Below are positions 51,936 through 59,668 of a stretch of DNA of 64,000 nucleotides, piece after piece. The translations under genes and the position numbers were made by a program. The stretch is from Escherichia phage fDHCT2. Location of the stretch: the sequence record OR427838.1, one strand, 5' to 3'. Numbering within the stretch: position 1 is the stretch's first letter; each line of letters starts with the position of its first letter. Under the pieces are notes generated by a model. The model was not told where the DNA came from. It did not search any database and saw only the letters and a list, made by a program, of their open reading frames with translations.

Positions 51936-52724
51936 ATGGCAATCGTAGGATTACCCGGTTGGGTCGGCCAATCTGCAGTTGACGAAACAGGTCAACGTTG
52001 GATGGATGCAGCAATGCGTGATGTTCGTGTAGCTGTTCCAGGTTGGATGGGTTCGATGGCTAACCAATCAAAAGAAATTTACTTATCTATAGGGGCTAAT
52101 CATAACTATGATAGGAATACCCTTATAAACTGGATGAGAGCCCAAGGCAGTGCGCCTGTAGTTATCACAATTACCGGCAACATAGTATCAAATAGCCGCG
52201 GAAACCCGTGTCTGGAATTCCCTAGCAACTTACCTAATGCATATATTCAACTTACTATTAATAGCGGTGTAACTGTTTATGGGCGAGGAGGTAACGGTTC
52301 TACTAATGGTTCTGCAGGCCAAGCAGGCGGTACAGCAATCCATAACGCTGCCGGAACCAAATTGCGTATTCGAAACAATGGTGCTATCGCTGGCGGTGGT
52401 GGTGGCGGTGGTGCTGTATCGTTACAGAACAGCTATCCAACTAACGGTACCTGTGGTGGTGGCGGTGGTAGACCATTCGGCGTCGGTGGGAAAATAGGGT
52501 CTGATGCCATATTGTCCGGTGCAAACGCATCTCTAACTGCCGCCGGTTCAGGTGGTACCACGGTCCAATACGGTGCAGGTAACGGCGGTAATGTTGGTGC
52601 TGGCGGTGGACGAGGATGGGGCAAAAACGTTTATACCTCTGCAGGTGGTTCTGCTGGAGCTGCCGTTACAGGCAATGCTCCTTCTTGGCAGAACGTAGGA
52701 ACCATCTACGGAAGCCGTGTTTAA
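51936..52724 (+). CDS. 38: Tail fibre tip adhesin gp38 (T2/S16-type, glycine-rich motifs)
   Basis: 262 aa; conserved N-terminus MAIVGLPGW.G.SAV.ETGQRWM; poly-Gly runs (GGGGGGGA, GGGGGRPFG) characteristic of T2-type gp38 adhesins. Confidence 0.85.
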   Translation: MAIVGLPGWVGQSAVDETGQRWMDAAMRDVRVAVPGWMGSMANQSKEIYLSIGANHNYDRNTLINWMRAQGSAPVVITITGNIVSNSRGNPCLEFPSNLPNAYIQLTINSGVTVYGRGGNGSTNGSAGQAGGTAIHNAAGTKLRIRNNGAIAGGGGGGGAVSLQNSYPTNGTCGGGGGRPFGVGGKIGSDAILSGANASLTAAGSGGTTVQYGAGNGGNVGAGGGRGWGKNVYTSAGGSAGAAVTGNAPSWQNVGTIYGSRV

Positions 52725-52735
52725 TACTTCTGTAT

Positions 52736-52743
52736 TATAAATA
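52736..52743 (+). promoter_or_regulatory. Late promoter TATAAATA for holin t
   Basis: TATAAATA about 18 nt upstream of t ATG, SD AAAGGAGAAAAG. Confidence 0.7.
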
Positions 52744-52761
52744 TCTTTAAAGGAGAAAAGT

Positions 52762-53415
52762 ATGGAACCAAAAGTAGGATTTTCATTATCAGACCTACTT
52801 TTTGGACTTCTTGATAGAATTTTTAAAGATACTTCTTCCGGGAAAGTAGTTTTTTCCCGGGTCCTAGTCGTAATATTATTGTTCTTTATGGCACTGGTTT
52901 GGTATAAAGGCGAGTATATTCTAAACTTTTACAAAGAGACAACTTATGCCTCTTATACTGAAATGATTAGACAAGACCAGGACAATAGATTTAAAATTGC
53001 GGCTATCGAGCAGCTCCGAATAGTGCATTCTTCTTCAGGCGCGGACTTCACAGCAATATATTCTTTTAGACCGACCAACATGAATTATTTTGTGGATATG
53101 GTTGCTTACGAGGGTAAATTACCGGAAACGGTAGACGCAAAAAATACGGGAGGGTTTCCGATTGACAAAACGTCAGTAGAGTATATGGCGGGAGTTAACG
53201 GGAATTACTTTGAATCAAGTACCGAAACTGTATTCCTTCCTACAAAGAAGAAAACACAATTCACGTATATGTTTTCATGCCCGTTTTTTAATTTGGATAA
53301 CGTCTACGCCGGCTCGATATCGTTGTACTGGTATGATATCAAACCGGATTTAGGATTTCCTAGACTTTCGTCTATGTGTGGTCAAGCCGGGAGGACATTA
53401 GGTCGAACACGTTAG
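52762..53415 (+). CDS. t: Holin T
   Basis: 217 aa; single N-terminal TM (VVILLFFMALVWY) and large periplasmic domain; strong similarity to recalled T4 gpt (FRPTNMNYFVDMVAYEGKLP, SCPFFNLDNVYAG). Confidence 0.9.
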   Translation: MEPKVGFSLSDLLFGLLDRIFKDTSSGKVVFSRVLVVILLFFMALVWYKGEYILNFYKETTYASYTEMIRQDQDNRFKIAAIEQLRIVHSSSGADFTAIYSFRPTNMNYFVDMVAYEGKLPETVDAKNTGGFPIDKTSVEYMAGVNGNYFESSTETVFLPTKKKTQFTYMFSCPFFNLDNVYAGSISLYWYDIKPDLGFPRLSSMCGQAGRTLGRTR

Positions 53416-53687
53416 AAATTGGAGGTATACATCATTAAATAACGGTGTATATCTTCATATCCTTCATTAAATTGCTCTATAAGAGTATCACGTTCATCTT
53501 CAGTTAAAGACTTAAATAATTTGTTATAAGACAAACCATTAAGTTCCTTTCCATGTTCATTACGAATACCTAATTCATTCAAAAAGGCAATAAACTCATC
53601 ACGACGTTGCATGATGTCTTCACAATCCGTTTTAATCAAAATGGAAACAATAGTAGCAATTTCGGAAACGATTTCAATTTTAGTCAT
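53412..53687 (-). CDS. asiA: Anti-sigma70 factor AsiA
   Basis: 91 aa; similarity to recalled T4 AsiA (IVSILIK, FIAFLNE.G, LIEQFNEG..YRYL.MYT). Confidence 0.85.
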   Translation of the reverse strand: MTKIEIVSEIATIVSILIKTDCEDIMQRRDEFIAFLNELGIRNEHGKELNGLSYNKLFKSLTEDERDTLIEQFNEGYEDIHRYLMMYTSNF

Positions 53688-53728
53688 AATATTCTCTTCA
53701 ATTCAGTACGACATCATCTGATAGGGCT

Positions 53729-53757
53729 ATACTAACATATCCTTAGGGATTGTAAAC
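53729..53757 (-). promoter_or_regulatory. T4-type early promoter (minus) for asiA
   Basis: GTTTAC-17 bp-TAGTAT about 40 nt upstream of asiA ATG. Confidence 0.5.
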
Positions 53758-53901
53758 ATGTTCTTCGTTCTTTTTAACATATTCCTGATACATCTCTTCT
53801 ATTGGTTCCTGGAACTTAAAATCAGCTCCCAGGAATTCCTCAAAGCACTCCTGCTCACGTGTACGCATGCCTGTTACGGTATTCTCTAAGTTATGACTCA
53901 T
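53743..53901 (-). CDS. Hypothetical small acidic protein (52 aa)
   Basis: ORF below the track cutoff: MSHNLENTVTGMRTREQECFEEFLGADFKFQEPIEEMYQEYVKKNEEHVYNP; 3' end overlaps the asiA promoter. Confidence 0.35.
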   Translation of the reverse strand: MSHNLENTVTGMRTREQECFEEFLGADFKFQEPIEEMYQEYVKKNEEHVYNP

Positions 53902-54010
53902 AGCCTTTACCCTTATGTTTCTGCTTACGCTTGGACTCTTTAAAATTTTTCTTCTTATCTTTATGGACAGAAGCCTTATTGAAATCGTGCTTAGCTACCA
54001 GATTGTTCAT
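53891..54010 (-). CDS. Possible small Lys-rich ORF (39 aa), doubtful
   Basis: MNNLVAKHDFNKASVHKDKKKNFKESKRKQKHKGKGYES; overlaps ends of both flanking genes in another frame. Confidence 0.2.
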   Translation of the reverse strand: MNNLVAKHDFNKASVHKDKKKNFKESKRKQKHKGKGYES

Positions 54011-54275
54011 CACGTAATTTCCTTAATTGATATTCAAGAGAGCTAATAATTTCTTTATTAGTCGCAATATACATATCACGTAGGAACGGCTTCAACCCTT
54101 CCATATTCCCATGAATTGTCTTGGAACTAATATTCTTTATATATTCATGGTCTAATGCATCCCAAGCCGGTTGGTTGACATAAGTTCCCCAATTGTCTTC
54201 CACCGTGACATTCAGTCGTTTAACATGGTTAATATAGGCTTCGATTGCATCAATCTGGAGTTGTTTAAGATTCAT
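53991..54275 (-). CDS. Hypothetical protein (94 aa); positional candidate for an arn-like gene
   Basis: ORF between asiA and motA where T4 carries arn; no motif-level support. Confidence 0.5.
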   Translation of the reverse strand: MNLKQLQIDAIEAYINHVKRLNVTVEDNWGTYVNQPAWDALDHEYIKNISSKTIHGNMEGLKPFLRDMYIATNKEIISSLEYQLRKLRDEQSGS

Positions 54276-54763
54276 TAGTAAAGGTCCTCAGAGTAAAGTT
54301 CTTTTTCACTACCACCACGTTCAATACGAACCTGATTAGCATACGTTGCAATAATCATTGCTTCTTCGCGAGTCCAATAATTTGAGTATTGGTCGATAAA
54401 TCCTTGGTCATCACCGCAGACGTGCTCGGATACAAGTTTATCACTTACCTGGTCAAGCACTTCTGCCATATCTTTAGAATAATGACGAGCTCCTGGAATA
54501 ACCAATGTCCCACCGTCTTTTAACTTAAAACGGTTGGCCGCGCATACAATTCGACGTTGGTATTTTTCATTGTTGTTCCAATAGGCAATCTGCCAACAGA
54601 TTTCTGGGACTTCATTCAAAACATCCTCTTCTGTATATTCGGTGTAATCGCCATAGGCCTGTAATTTAGCTGCTAGACTTTCAGGCGTCTCGCGAGAAAG
54701 AGCTTTATCTAACAAGGCCATTCGGTCTTTGAAGGATAATTCTTTACCTTTTAATGGATTCAT
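54275..54763 (-). CDS. Hypothetical protein (about 162 aa)
   Basis: Start at ATG 54763 (MNPLKGKE..), ATGA overlap with upstream stop. Confidence 0.5.
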   Translation of the reverse strand: MNPLKGKELSFKDRMALLDKALSRETPESLAAKLQAYGDYTEYTEEDVLNEVPEICWQIAYWNNNEKYQRRIVCAANRFKLKDGGTLVIPGARHYSKDMAEVLDQVSDKLVSEHVCGDDQGFIDQYSNYWTREEAMIIATYANQVRIERGGSEKELYSEDLY

Positions 54764-55089
54764 TTGAACCATCCTTTAACACGTTGCCAGAGGCTTTTCT
54801 GTTGGGCTTTATTAACACCAATTGAACGAATAACCGGCTGTGATTCCTGGTATTCTTTGTAGTCGGCTTTATAGACTTCATAAGCGGCTGGAACAAAGGT
54901 GCTGATTGCTGCCATAAAGTTCTTACGAATTCCCATAGAAGCTTCAGAACCGCCACGGATGATTAAGTATTTACCCGCTTTAATCTTAACAATAGTGCCG
55001 AGATAAGCGCCATGGTACCAAATATCCCAACCTTCTTGAGTAGGTTCTGCACAACGACGAAGTTCATTAACAATATTCAGCTTGTTCAT
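54760..55089 (-). CDS. Hypothetical protein (109 aa)
   Basis: ORF directly downstream of motA. Confidence 0.5.
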   Translation of the reverse strand: MNKLNIVNELRRCAEPTQEGWDIWYHGAYLGTIVKIKAGKYLIIRGGSEASMGIRKNFMAAISTFVPAAYEVYKADYKEYQESQPVIRSIGVNKAQQKSLWQRVKGWFK

Positions 55090-55107
55090 AATAATTTCCT
55101 CAGTCAG

Positions 55108-55740
55108 TTAAATTGCGTTGGTTACGGTTTTGATAACTTCAGATGATACGTTTTGGAAGTCGATATAAGTATTCTTACCACCGGTCTTAATCTTAACATC
55201 AAGGTTCAAGGAAGTAAACACTTGTTTTTCTTTATCAGTCATATTATAACCGAAGATACGCATCATTCCATCACGACGGACTTCGATTTGACGAATACCG
55301 TTGGTACGTTTAGCGAATCGAACTTCAAGATTGCTACGGTTTTCAGCGATTTCACGAATCTCTATACGGTCTTCTAACAAAGATTTAACTTCATCCGCCA
55401 ATACCACCATTTCAGGAGTAACACCACGTGAACTACGCGTTTTACGTTTTTCCAACATCTCTGGAGCATTTTCAGAAGCGAACAGGTCAGCAGCTTTTTG
55501 AACTAGGTCCATTGCTTCACCTGTAGCCACCAGACCATCACCAGATTTTTCGATAAATCCTTTCTTAATCAATACACCGATATTAGAGTTAACTACAGCA
55601 GCACTAAATTGCTCACTCAGGGCTTCACGGACTTCGCCTGAAGTGATGAAGTTATGCTTGATGATATGTACTAAGATTGAAGCCGTTTTTTCATTCAGGG
55701 CGTCTTCAGAAGCTTTGATGATATAAGTAATTTTAGACAT
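55108..55740 (-). CDS. motA: Middle transcription activator MotA
   Basis: Start at ATG 55740 (MSKITYIIKAS.., 210 aa); strong similarity to recalled T4 MotA (TYIIKAS.D.LNEKTA, AVVNSNIGVLIKKG..EKSGDGL, EKRTNGIR, MRIFGY). Confidence 0.9.
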   Translation of the reverse strand: MSKITYIIKASEDALNEKTASILVHIIKHNFITSGEVREALSEQFSAAVVNSNIGVLIKKGFIEKSGDGLVATGEAMDLVQKAADLFASENAPEMLEKRKTRSSRGVTPEMVVLADEVKSLLEDRIEIREIAENRSNLEVRFAKRTNGIRQIEVRRDGMMRIFGYNMTDKEKQVFTSLNLDVKIKTGGKNTYIDFQNVSSEVIKTVTNAI

Positions 55741-55774
55741 TTTAATCTCCGATAACCATTTATTTGATAGGTCT

Positions 55775-55803
55775 ATAGTATCATGTTTAAAGCAGAAGTA
55801 AAC
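55775..55803 (-). promoter_or_regulatory. T4-type early promoter (minus) for motA
   Basis: GTTTAC-17 bp-TACTAT, leader ..CAAATAAATGGTTATCGGAGATTAAAATG. Confidence 0.5.
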
Positions 55804-55827
55804 ACTTTTTTGCACTAAACCCAAAAA

Positions 55828-55845
55828 AGGAACCCGAAGGTTCCT
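55828..55845 (-). terminator. UUCG-tetraloop intrinsic terminator downstream of gene 52 operon
   Basis: aggaacccgaaggttcct; minus RNA hairpin followed by UUUUUUGG. Confidence 0.65.
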
Positions 55846-55949
55846 TACTTTTTAAAGTGGGCTGCTATTAAACCTATAGCTAAGCCTGTTGCCAGGCCTA
55901 GGATAACAGCAAAGATACAGAGTAACAAGAACTCGACTCCAAGGCTCAT
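55845..55949 (-). CDS. Small hydrophobic membrane peptide (34 aa)
   Basis: MSLGVEFLLLCIFAVILGLATGLAIGLIAAHFKK; ATGA overlap with gene 52 stop; terminator overlaps its stop. Confidence 0.35.
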   Translation of the reverse strand: MSLGVEFLLLCIFAVILGLATGLAIGLIAAHFKK

Positions 55950-57325
55950 AGAGCCTCCAAATCTTTAACATACTCAGTTACAACATCAGTGGTTTTCCAG
56001 TATTGATGCTCTTCTTTCTTGGCCTTGGCTTCCAAAGCCAGTTTCTTAGCTTCATCAGACGTGATATGGAAAATGTTCATTGCTACGAGTTTATCAGCAT
56101 ATTCGCCATAGACTTTATTGCCGGCCAATTCTTCGGTTAAAACCTTACGGGTCTTACCTTGGATAACCACTACACCATCAATAACATCTTTAATGAATGT
56201 AGCTTTAGCTAGGGCCAGTTTGAAAGCTTCTTCGGTTTCGATGATTTTACCATCAATACGTTTTTGTACAAAGGTCTTACGGACCTCAACGAAATCACGA
56301 ATCAGTTCAACTGCATCTTCGTAAACCTTAAGTTTACCTTTCTCATTAATGACAGTCAGGTTTTGTGAACGGCGTTCGATTAACCCGAAGTCCTTCATGA
56401 TTTTTTCATGCTTCTTGTTTTCTTCGGTAGGCAATTCATATTCTTTACGAATCTTAACCTTGAAGCCGAAACCGTTCTCGTCACAGTCATCGTCATACGT
56501 GATATACCCTTTGTCTTCCAGAGGGTCCAAGACCTTGGCCACATATGTTTCACGGTCGTATTTGTACGGGATTTCCGTGATATGCATTTGGGTTCGGGAT
56601 GTGAACTTATATGTTCCACGAATCTCATAACTTCCAGGTTCAATCTCAACAACATCACCACGGAATTCAGGATAAGCCACTTTAGGTTTGGTTACGCGTT
56701 TTTCCTGAAGAACTTGCAATACAGCTTTCTTAACAGAATCAAAACTATGAGGAAGAATATTAGTTGCATAACCAGTTGCAATACCGGAAACGCCATTAAG
56801 AAGAACAGTAGGAATAATAGGCAGATAAAAAGCCGGTGGCTTATGTTCGACATCCGCATGAACCGGAGCATATTCTGTGTCCTTATAAACTTTTGCAAAG
56901 TTACTTCCAATACGAGCAAAAATATAACGAGAGGCTGCCGCCTTTTGAACCAAACGAGAACCAAAGTTACCCTGGCCATCCAACAGTGGGAAGTTGTTGT
57001 TCCATGTGTTAGCCATCAAAGCCCCTGCTTCCTGAGCAGAACCTTCACCATGGTGATATCCAAGGTCGGCTACGCCACCAGCGATAGAAGCCAGTTTGTG
57101 GAATTTTTCTTTATTACCACGAGCCATATCAAGACAACGAGCAACTACAAAACGTTGTACAGGTTTAAAGCCGTCAATCATATTTGGAATGGCACGGTTT
57201 TCGACAGTATACATTGCATAAGCCAATGCTTCGTTGTCGATAATACTTTTTAAGTCGCGAGGAGTAAAAGTATCGTCGTAAACATCTAAAGCCTGTTTAA
57301 AAAGGGTATCAATTACATCAGCCAT
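55946..57325 (-). CDS. 52: DNA topoisomerase II medium subunit gp52
   Basis: 459 aa; GyrA/ParC-like breakage-reunion domain (..AIPNMIDGFKPVQRFV..); syntenic with T4 gene 52. Confidence 0.9.
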   Translation of the reverse strand: MADVIDTLFKQALDVYDDTFTPRDLKSIIDNEALAYAMYTVENRAIPNMIDGFKPVQRFVVARCLDMARGNKEKFHKLASIAGGVADLGYHHGEGSAQEAGALMANTWNNNFPLLDGQGNFGSRLVQKAAASRYIFARIGSNFAKVYKDTEYAPVHADVEHKPPAFYLPIIPTVLLNGVSGIATGYATNILPHSFDSVKKAVLQVLQEKRVTKPKVAYPEFRGDVVEIEPGSYEIRGTYKFTSRTQMHITEIPYKYDRETYVAKVLDPLEDKGYITYDDDCDENGFGFKVKIRKEYELPTEENKKHEKIMKDFGLIERRSQNLTVINEKGKLKVYEDAVELIRDFVEVRKTFVQKRIDGKIIETEEAFKLALAKATFIKDVIDGVVVIQGKTRKVLTEELAGNKVYGEYADKLVAMNIFHITSDEAKKLALEAKAKKEEHQYWKTTDVVTEYVKDLEAL

Positions 57326-57329
57326 AATT

Positions 57330-57470
57330 TTACCATACTAGTGAATGAATAGCCATAATAACATCGGAAATAAAAAGCACAACTTGGATAAGTCCGAACA
57401 TTACTCCATAATACAGCGCTACTAATAAAGCAGCAAGGGCTAACGAGTAGCCCAAGATTTTCTTAATCAT
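57330..57470 (-). CDS. Small hydrophobic membrane protein (about 46 aa)
   Basis: Start at ATG 57470: MIKKILGYSLALAALLVALYYGVMFGLIQVVLFISDVIMAIHSLVW; two predicted TM segments. Confidence 0.4.
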   Translation of the reverse strand: MIKKILGYSLALAALLVALYYGVMFGLIQVVLFISDVIMAIHSLVW

Positions 57471-57624
57471 TTTTAATCGTCTTAAGTAAACCGACGGAAG
57501 TAGAAAGAATCCAGCCAATAAACAGAAAACTTAAGAATAGCGTACCCGGGGTCCACACGCCTAAAAAGAAGCAAACCGAACAGACTATAGCCATAATAAG
57601 TTCAATAAAAACTAGGATAACCAT
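57463..57624 (-). CDS. Small hydrophobic membrane protein (53 aa)
   Basis: ORF below the track cutoff: MVILVFIELIMAIVCSVCFFLGVWTPGTLFLSFLFIGWILSTSVGLLKTIKND; SD GAGGAAAAT preceded by UUCG hairpin; stop overlaps next start. Confidence 0.4.
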   Translation of the reverse strand: MVILVFIELIMAIVCSVCFFLGVWTPGTLFLSFLFIGWILSTSVGLLKTIKND

Positions 57625-57637
57625 ATTTTCCTCATTA

Positions 57638-57651
57638 GCGTCCGAAGACGC
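57638..57651 (-). promoter_or_regulatory. Intercistronic UUCG-tetraloop hairpin immediately upstream of an SD
   Basis: gcgtccgaagacgc (minus RNA GCGUCUUCGGACGC) followed by UAAUGAGGAAAAUAUG. Confidence 0.5.
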
Positions 57652-57711
57652 CTTTAGTTTTAAGATTGTTACGATAGAACTGCATCACATGTTCGTTATG
57701 GAAATTACTCA

Positions 57712-58161
57712 TTAGTAAGCCTGCAGAACGAATTTGAAGTTATCAGCCAACATACGGTTCATTTCTTCCAGTGTCTGGAAGTCGGAACTATGATTGCGAG
57801 TGAAAGCCATTGCAATTTGACCCTTACCAAAACCTGTAGTCAGAGGTTTCATTTTAGAAGCTGGTACATAAAGAACTTCATACACAACACCATTCACTGC
57901 CATAGTACGAGCTGATTGGGAACGTTTCTTACGAATGTTAGCCACGATACCATCAAGACCTTGAGCAGAACGTTGATTACCGACATAAAAACGAGCAGCT
58001 ACGACACGAGAATCAGCGCCACCTTTAACAAAGAAGTAGAAGCCTGGCTGAGCAGAGATTTCTTTAGAAGGTTTACCATTTTGGTATTCACCATTCTTAA
58101 CATAAGCAACAGTGGTAGCACCAGCAGACAGAACGTTACGGCGAGTCATATAAGTATTCAT
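57712..58161 (-). CDS. ndd: Nucleoid disruption protein Ndd
   Basis: 149 aa; C-terminal block [44 protein letters not shown] matches recalled T4 Ndd. Confidence 0.85.
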
Positions 58162-58238
58162 ATCAATTTCCTCAGTAGATTAATGTTTTGTTATCCAGTC
58201 AACGAGAACCATTATAACACGATTCTCGAGGTTGTAAA

Positions 58239-58583
58239 CTATTTTTGTAGCTGTTCTAAAATAAATCCGCTCGTATAAAAGGAAGCATTATAAACCTTAT
58301 TCAGTGGGTGCAAAGCACGTCCGTATGTATCACGCAATTCTTTGATAACATTTTCATAGCTCACATAGTAAGCACTACGATAGTCCGGGTCCATGCTCAT
58401 ACGGAATTTGATGAACCGATAAAAGCCTGTTTCCGGATCTTGAACGAAAACGAAATCCGCGCTTGCCATAGTTTTTGGATTTACGCCTGGAATCATACTT
58501 TGATTGAATGATACCGTTGCCTCCTGAAGGCTGAGTTGTTTAAAGAACATAACTTTAGAGTTACCAAAAAATACTTTAGACAT
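58239..58583 (-). CDS. Hypothetical protein (about 114 aa)
   Basis: Start at ATG 58583 (MSKVFFGN..) with SD AAGGAAAATATC. Confidence 0.5.
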   Translation of the reverse strand: MSKVFFGNSKVMFFKQLSLQEATVSFNQSMIPGVNPKTMASADFVFVQDPETGFYRFIKFRMSMDPDYRSAYYVSYENVIKELRDTYGRALHPLNKVYNASFYTSGFILEQLQK

Positions 58584-58593
58584 GATATTTTCC

Positions 58594-58806
58594 TTATTCA
58601 GCGTCAACAGAAATAGCCATCAGTTCATCAACGGTAAGACATTGTACACTTGGCCCTACACAAAAGCGCTTAGTTGAATCATAGAGGTCTGTAGCATTTA
58701 CAGGCTGCAATTCAGTACCAACTTGCAAAGGAGAAATGCGAATCAATTGTTGCCCATTATGTAATACAAAGCTCTCACCAACTGCGACATCTTTAAAAAG
58801 TTTCAT
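58594..58806 (-). CDS. Hypothetical protein (about 70 aa)
   Basis: Start at ATG 58806 (MKLFKDV..) with SD GAGGAAAATATT; the long ORF begins with TTG. Confidence 0.45.
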   Translation of the reverse strand: MKLFKDVAVGESFVLHNGQQLIRISPLQVGTELQPVNATDLYDSTKRFCVGPSVQCLTVDELMAISVDAE

Positions 58807-58816
58807 AATATTTTCC

Positions 58817-58927
58817 TCAGAAGTTAAAGAATACACGTACATGGTCAATCATAAAAACTATTGGGAAAATGCTCAATACTACTAACAACACAAACATGTT
58901 CCAAATTGCTTTAAGTAAGTTTTTCAT
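58817..58927 (-). CDS. Small hydrophobic peptide (36 aa)
   Basis: MKNLLKAIWNMFVLLVVLSIFPIVFMIDHVRVFFNF; SD GGAGATGATT downstream of an early promoter. Confidence 0.3.
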   Translation of the reverse strand: MKNLLKAIWNMFVLLVVLSIFPIVFMIDHVRVFFNF

Positions 58928-58953
58928 AATCATCTCCATTAGTTGATAGGTCT

Positions 58954-58982
58954 ATAATATCATGTCTAATGGAGATGTAAAC
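58954..58982 (-). promoter_or_regulatory. T4-type early promoter (minus)
   Basis: GTTTAC-17 bp-TATTAT; leader ..CAACTAATGGAGATGATTATG. Confidence 0.5.
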
Positions 58983-59072
58983 TGATTTATGCCAATTTCC
59001 ACAACAATAAACTAAAACATACACAAATCACCGGGATACAGGTCAACCAAATAAGGCACCACATTTTGCTGC

Positions 59073-59333
59073 TCAAAACACCACCTCTTTAATTTCCATA
59101 AACCCATCATTCAGTGCATGGCGGAGTTCATAATGGATATCTATACCATCGACATTATCTAATTTACCGTCGATAAGTTTTTGTAAATCTTTTTTTGACG
59201 CTATCAAAGGACGAAGAAATCTACAATTAGAAAGGGATAATTCCGTAATAACATCTTCACCTGAGGCATCGTACATTGCGGCAACAACTTTACCTGTAAC
59301 TTTGTGTTTAGCGTAATATAATTTGATATTCAC
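59073..59333 (-). CDS. Hypothetical protein (86 aa), paralog of 59330-59593
   Basis: MNIKLYYAKHKVTGKVVAA.. aligns with adjacent MKFKFYYIKHKVTGEFIAF..; ATGA overlap. Confidence 0.55.
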   Translation of the reverse strand: MNIKLYYAKHKVTGKVVAAMYDASGEDVITELSLSNCRFLRPLIASKKDLQKLIDGKLDNVDGIDIHYELRHALNDGFMEIKEVVF

Positions 59334-59593
59334 AATTCCACCTCAATGATTTCAAGTTGATTTTCTTTGATAGCTTTCTTGATACAATTATTCACAATAT
59401 TATCCCAAGAATCGTTTAGCTCGCCCTTCGCCATACGTTGAAGATGCTCTTTTGTGGACAAATAAGGCTGGTCTGAATCCCATCTAGATAAGAACAATGA
59501 AGTAAAAGTATCACCTTGGTTATTGGATGAAGTTGTAAATGCAATAAACTCCCCAGTAACTTTATGCTTAATATAATAAAATTTAAATTTCAT
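59330..59593 (-). CDS. Hypothetical protein (87 aa), paralog of 59073-59333
   Basis: SD GGAGAAACAAA, early promoter upstream; tandem duplicate. Confidence 0.55.
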   Translation of the reverse strand: MKFKFYYIKHKVTGEFIAFTTSSNNQGDTFTSLFLSRWDSDQPYLSTKEHLQRMAKGELNDSWDNIVNNCIKKAIKENQLEIIEVEL

Positions 59594-59628
59594 TTTGTTT
59601 CTCCAGTTTGGTAACTCAGTATGGAATC

Positions 59629-59658
59629 ATTATACATAGACTCCATACTGATGTACAC
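59629..59658 (-). promoter_or_regulatory. T4-type early promoter (minus) with -10 inside a 10-bp inverted repeat
   Basis: GTGTAC-18 bp-TATAAT; arms tcagtatgga (59616-59625) and tccatactga (59642-59651) flank the -10. Confidence 0.5.
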
Positions 59659-59668
59659 TACTTTTTAA

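Noticed and set aside
52433-52624. Pro-rich minus-strand ORF and 52279-52497 plus-strand ORF within gene 38
   Set aside because: Artefacts of the GGN-repeat glycine-rich coding region of gp38 (CCN on the opposite strand gives poly-Pro).
54744-54956. 70-aa minus-strand ORF overlapping the 54760-55089 and 54275-54763 genes
   Set aside because: Alternative frame across two better-supported ORFs; no independent start signal.
56408-57253. 281-aa plus-strand ORF inside gene 52
   Set aside because: Antisense to the topoisomerase subunit gene, begins without SD, composition typical of reverse-strand translation of an AT-rich gene.
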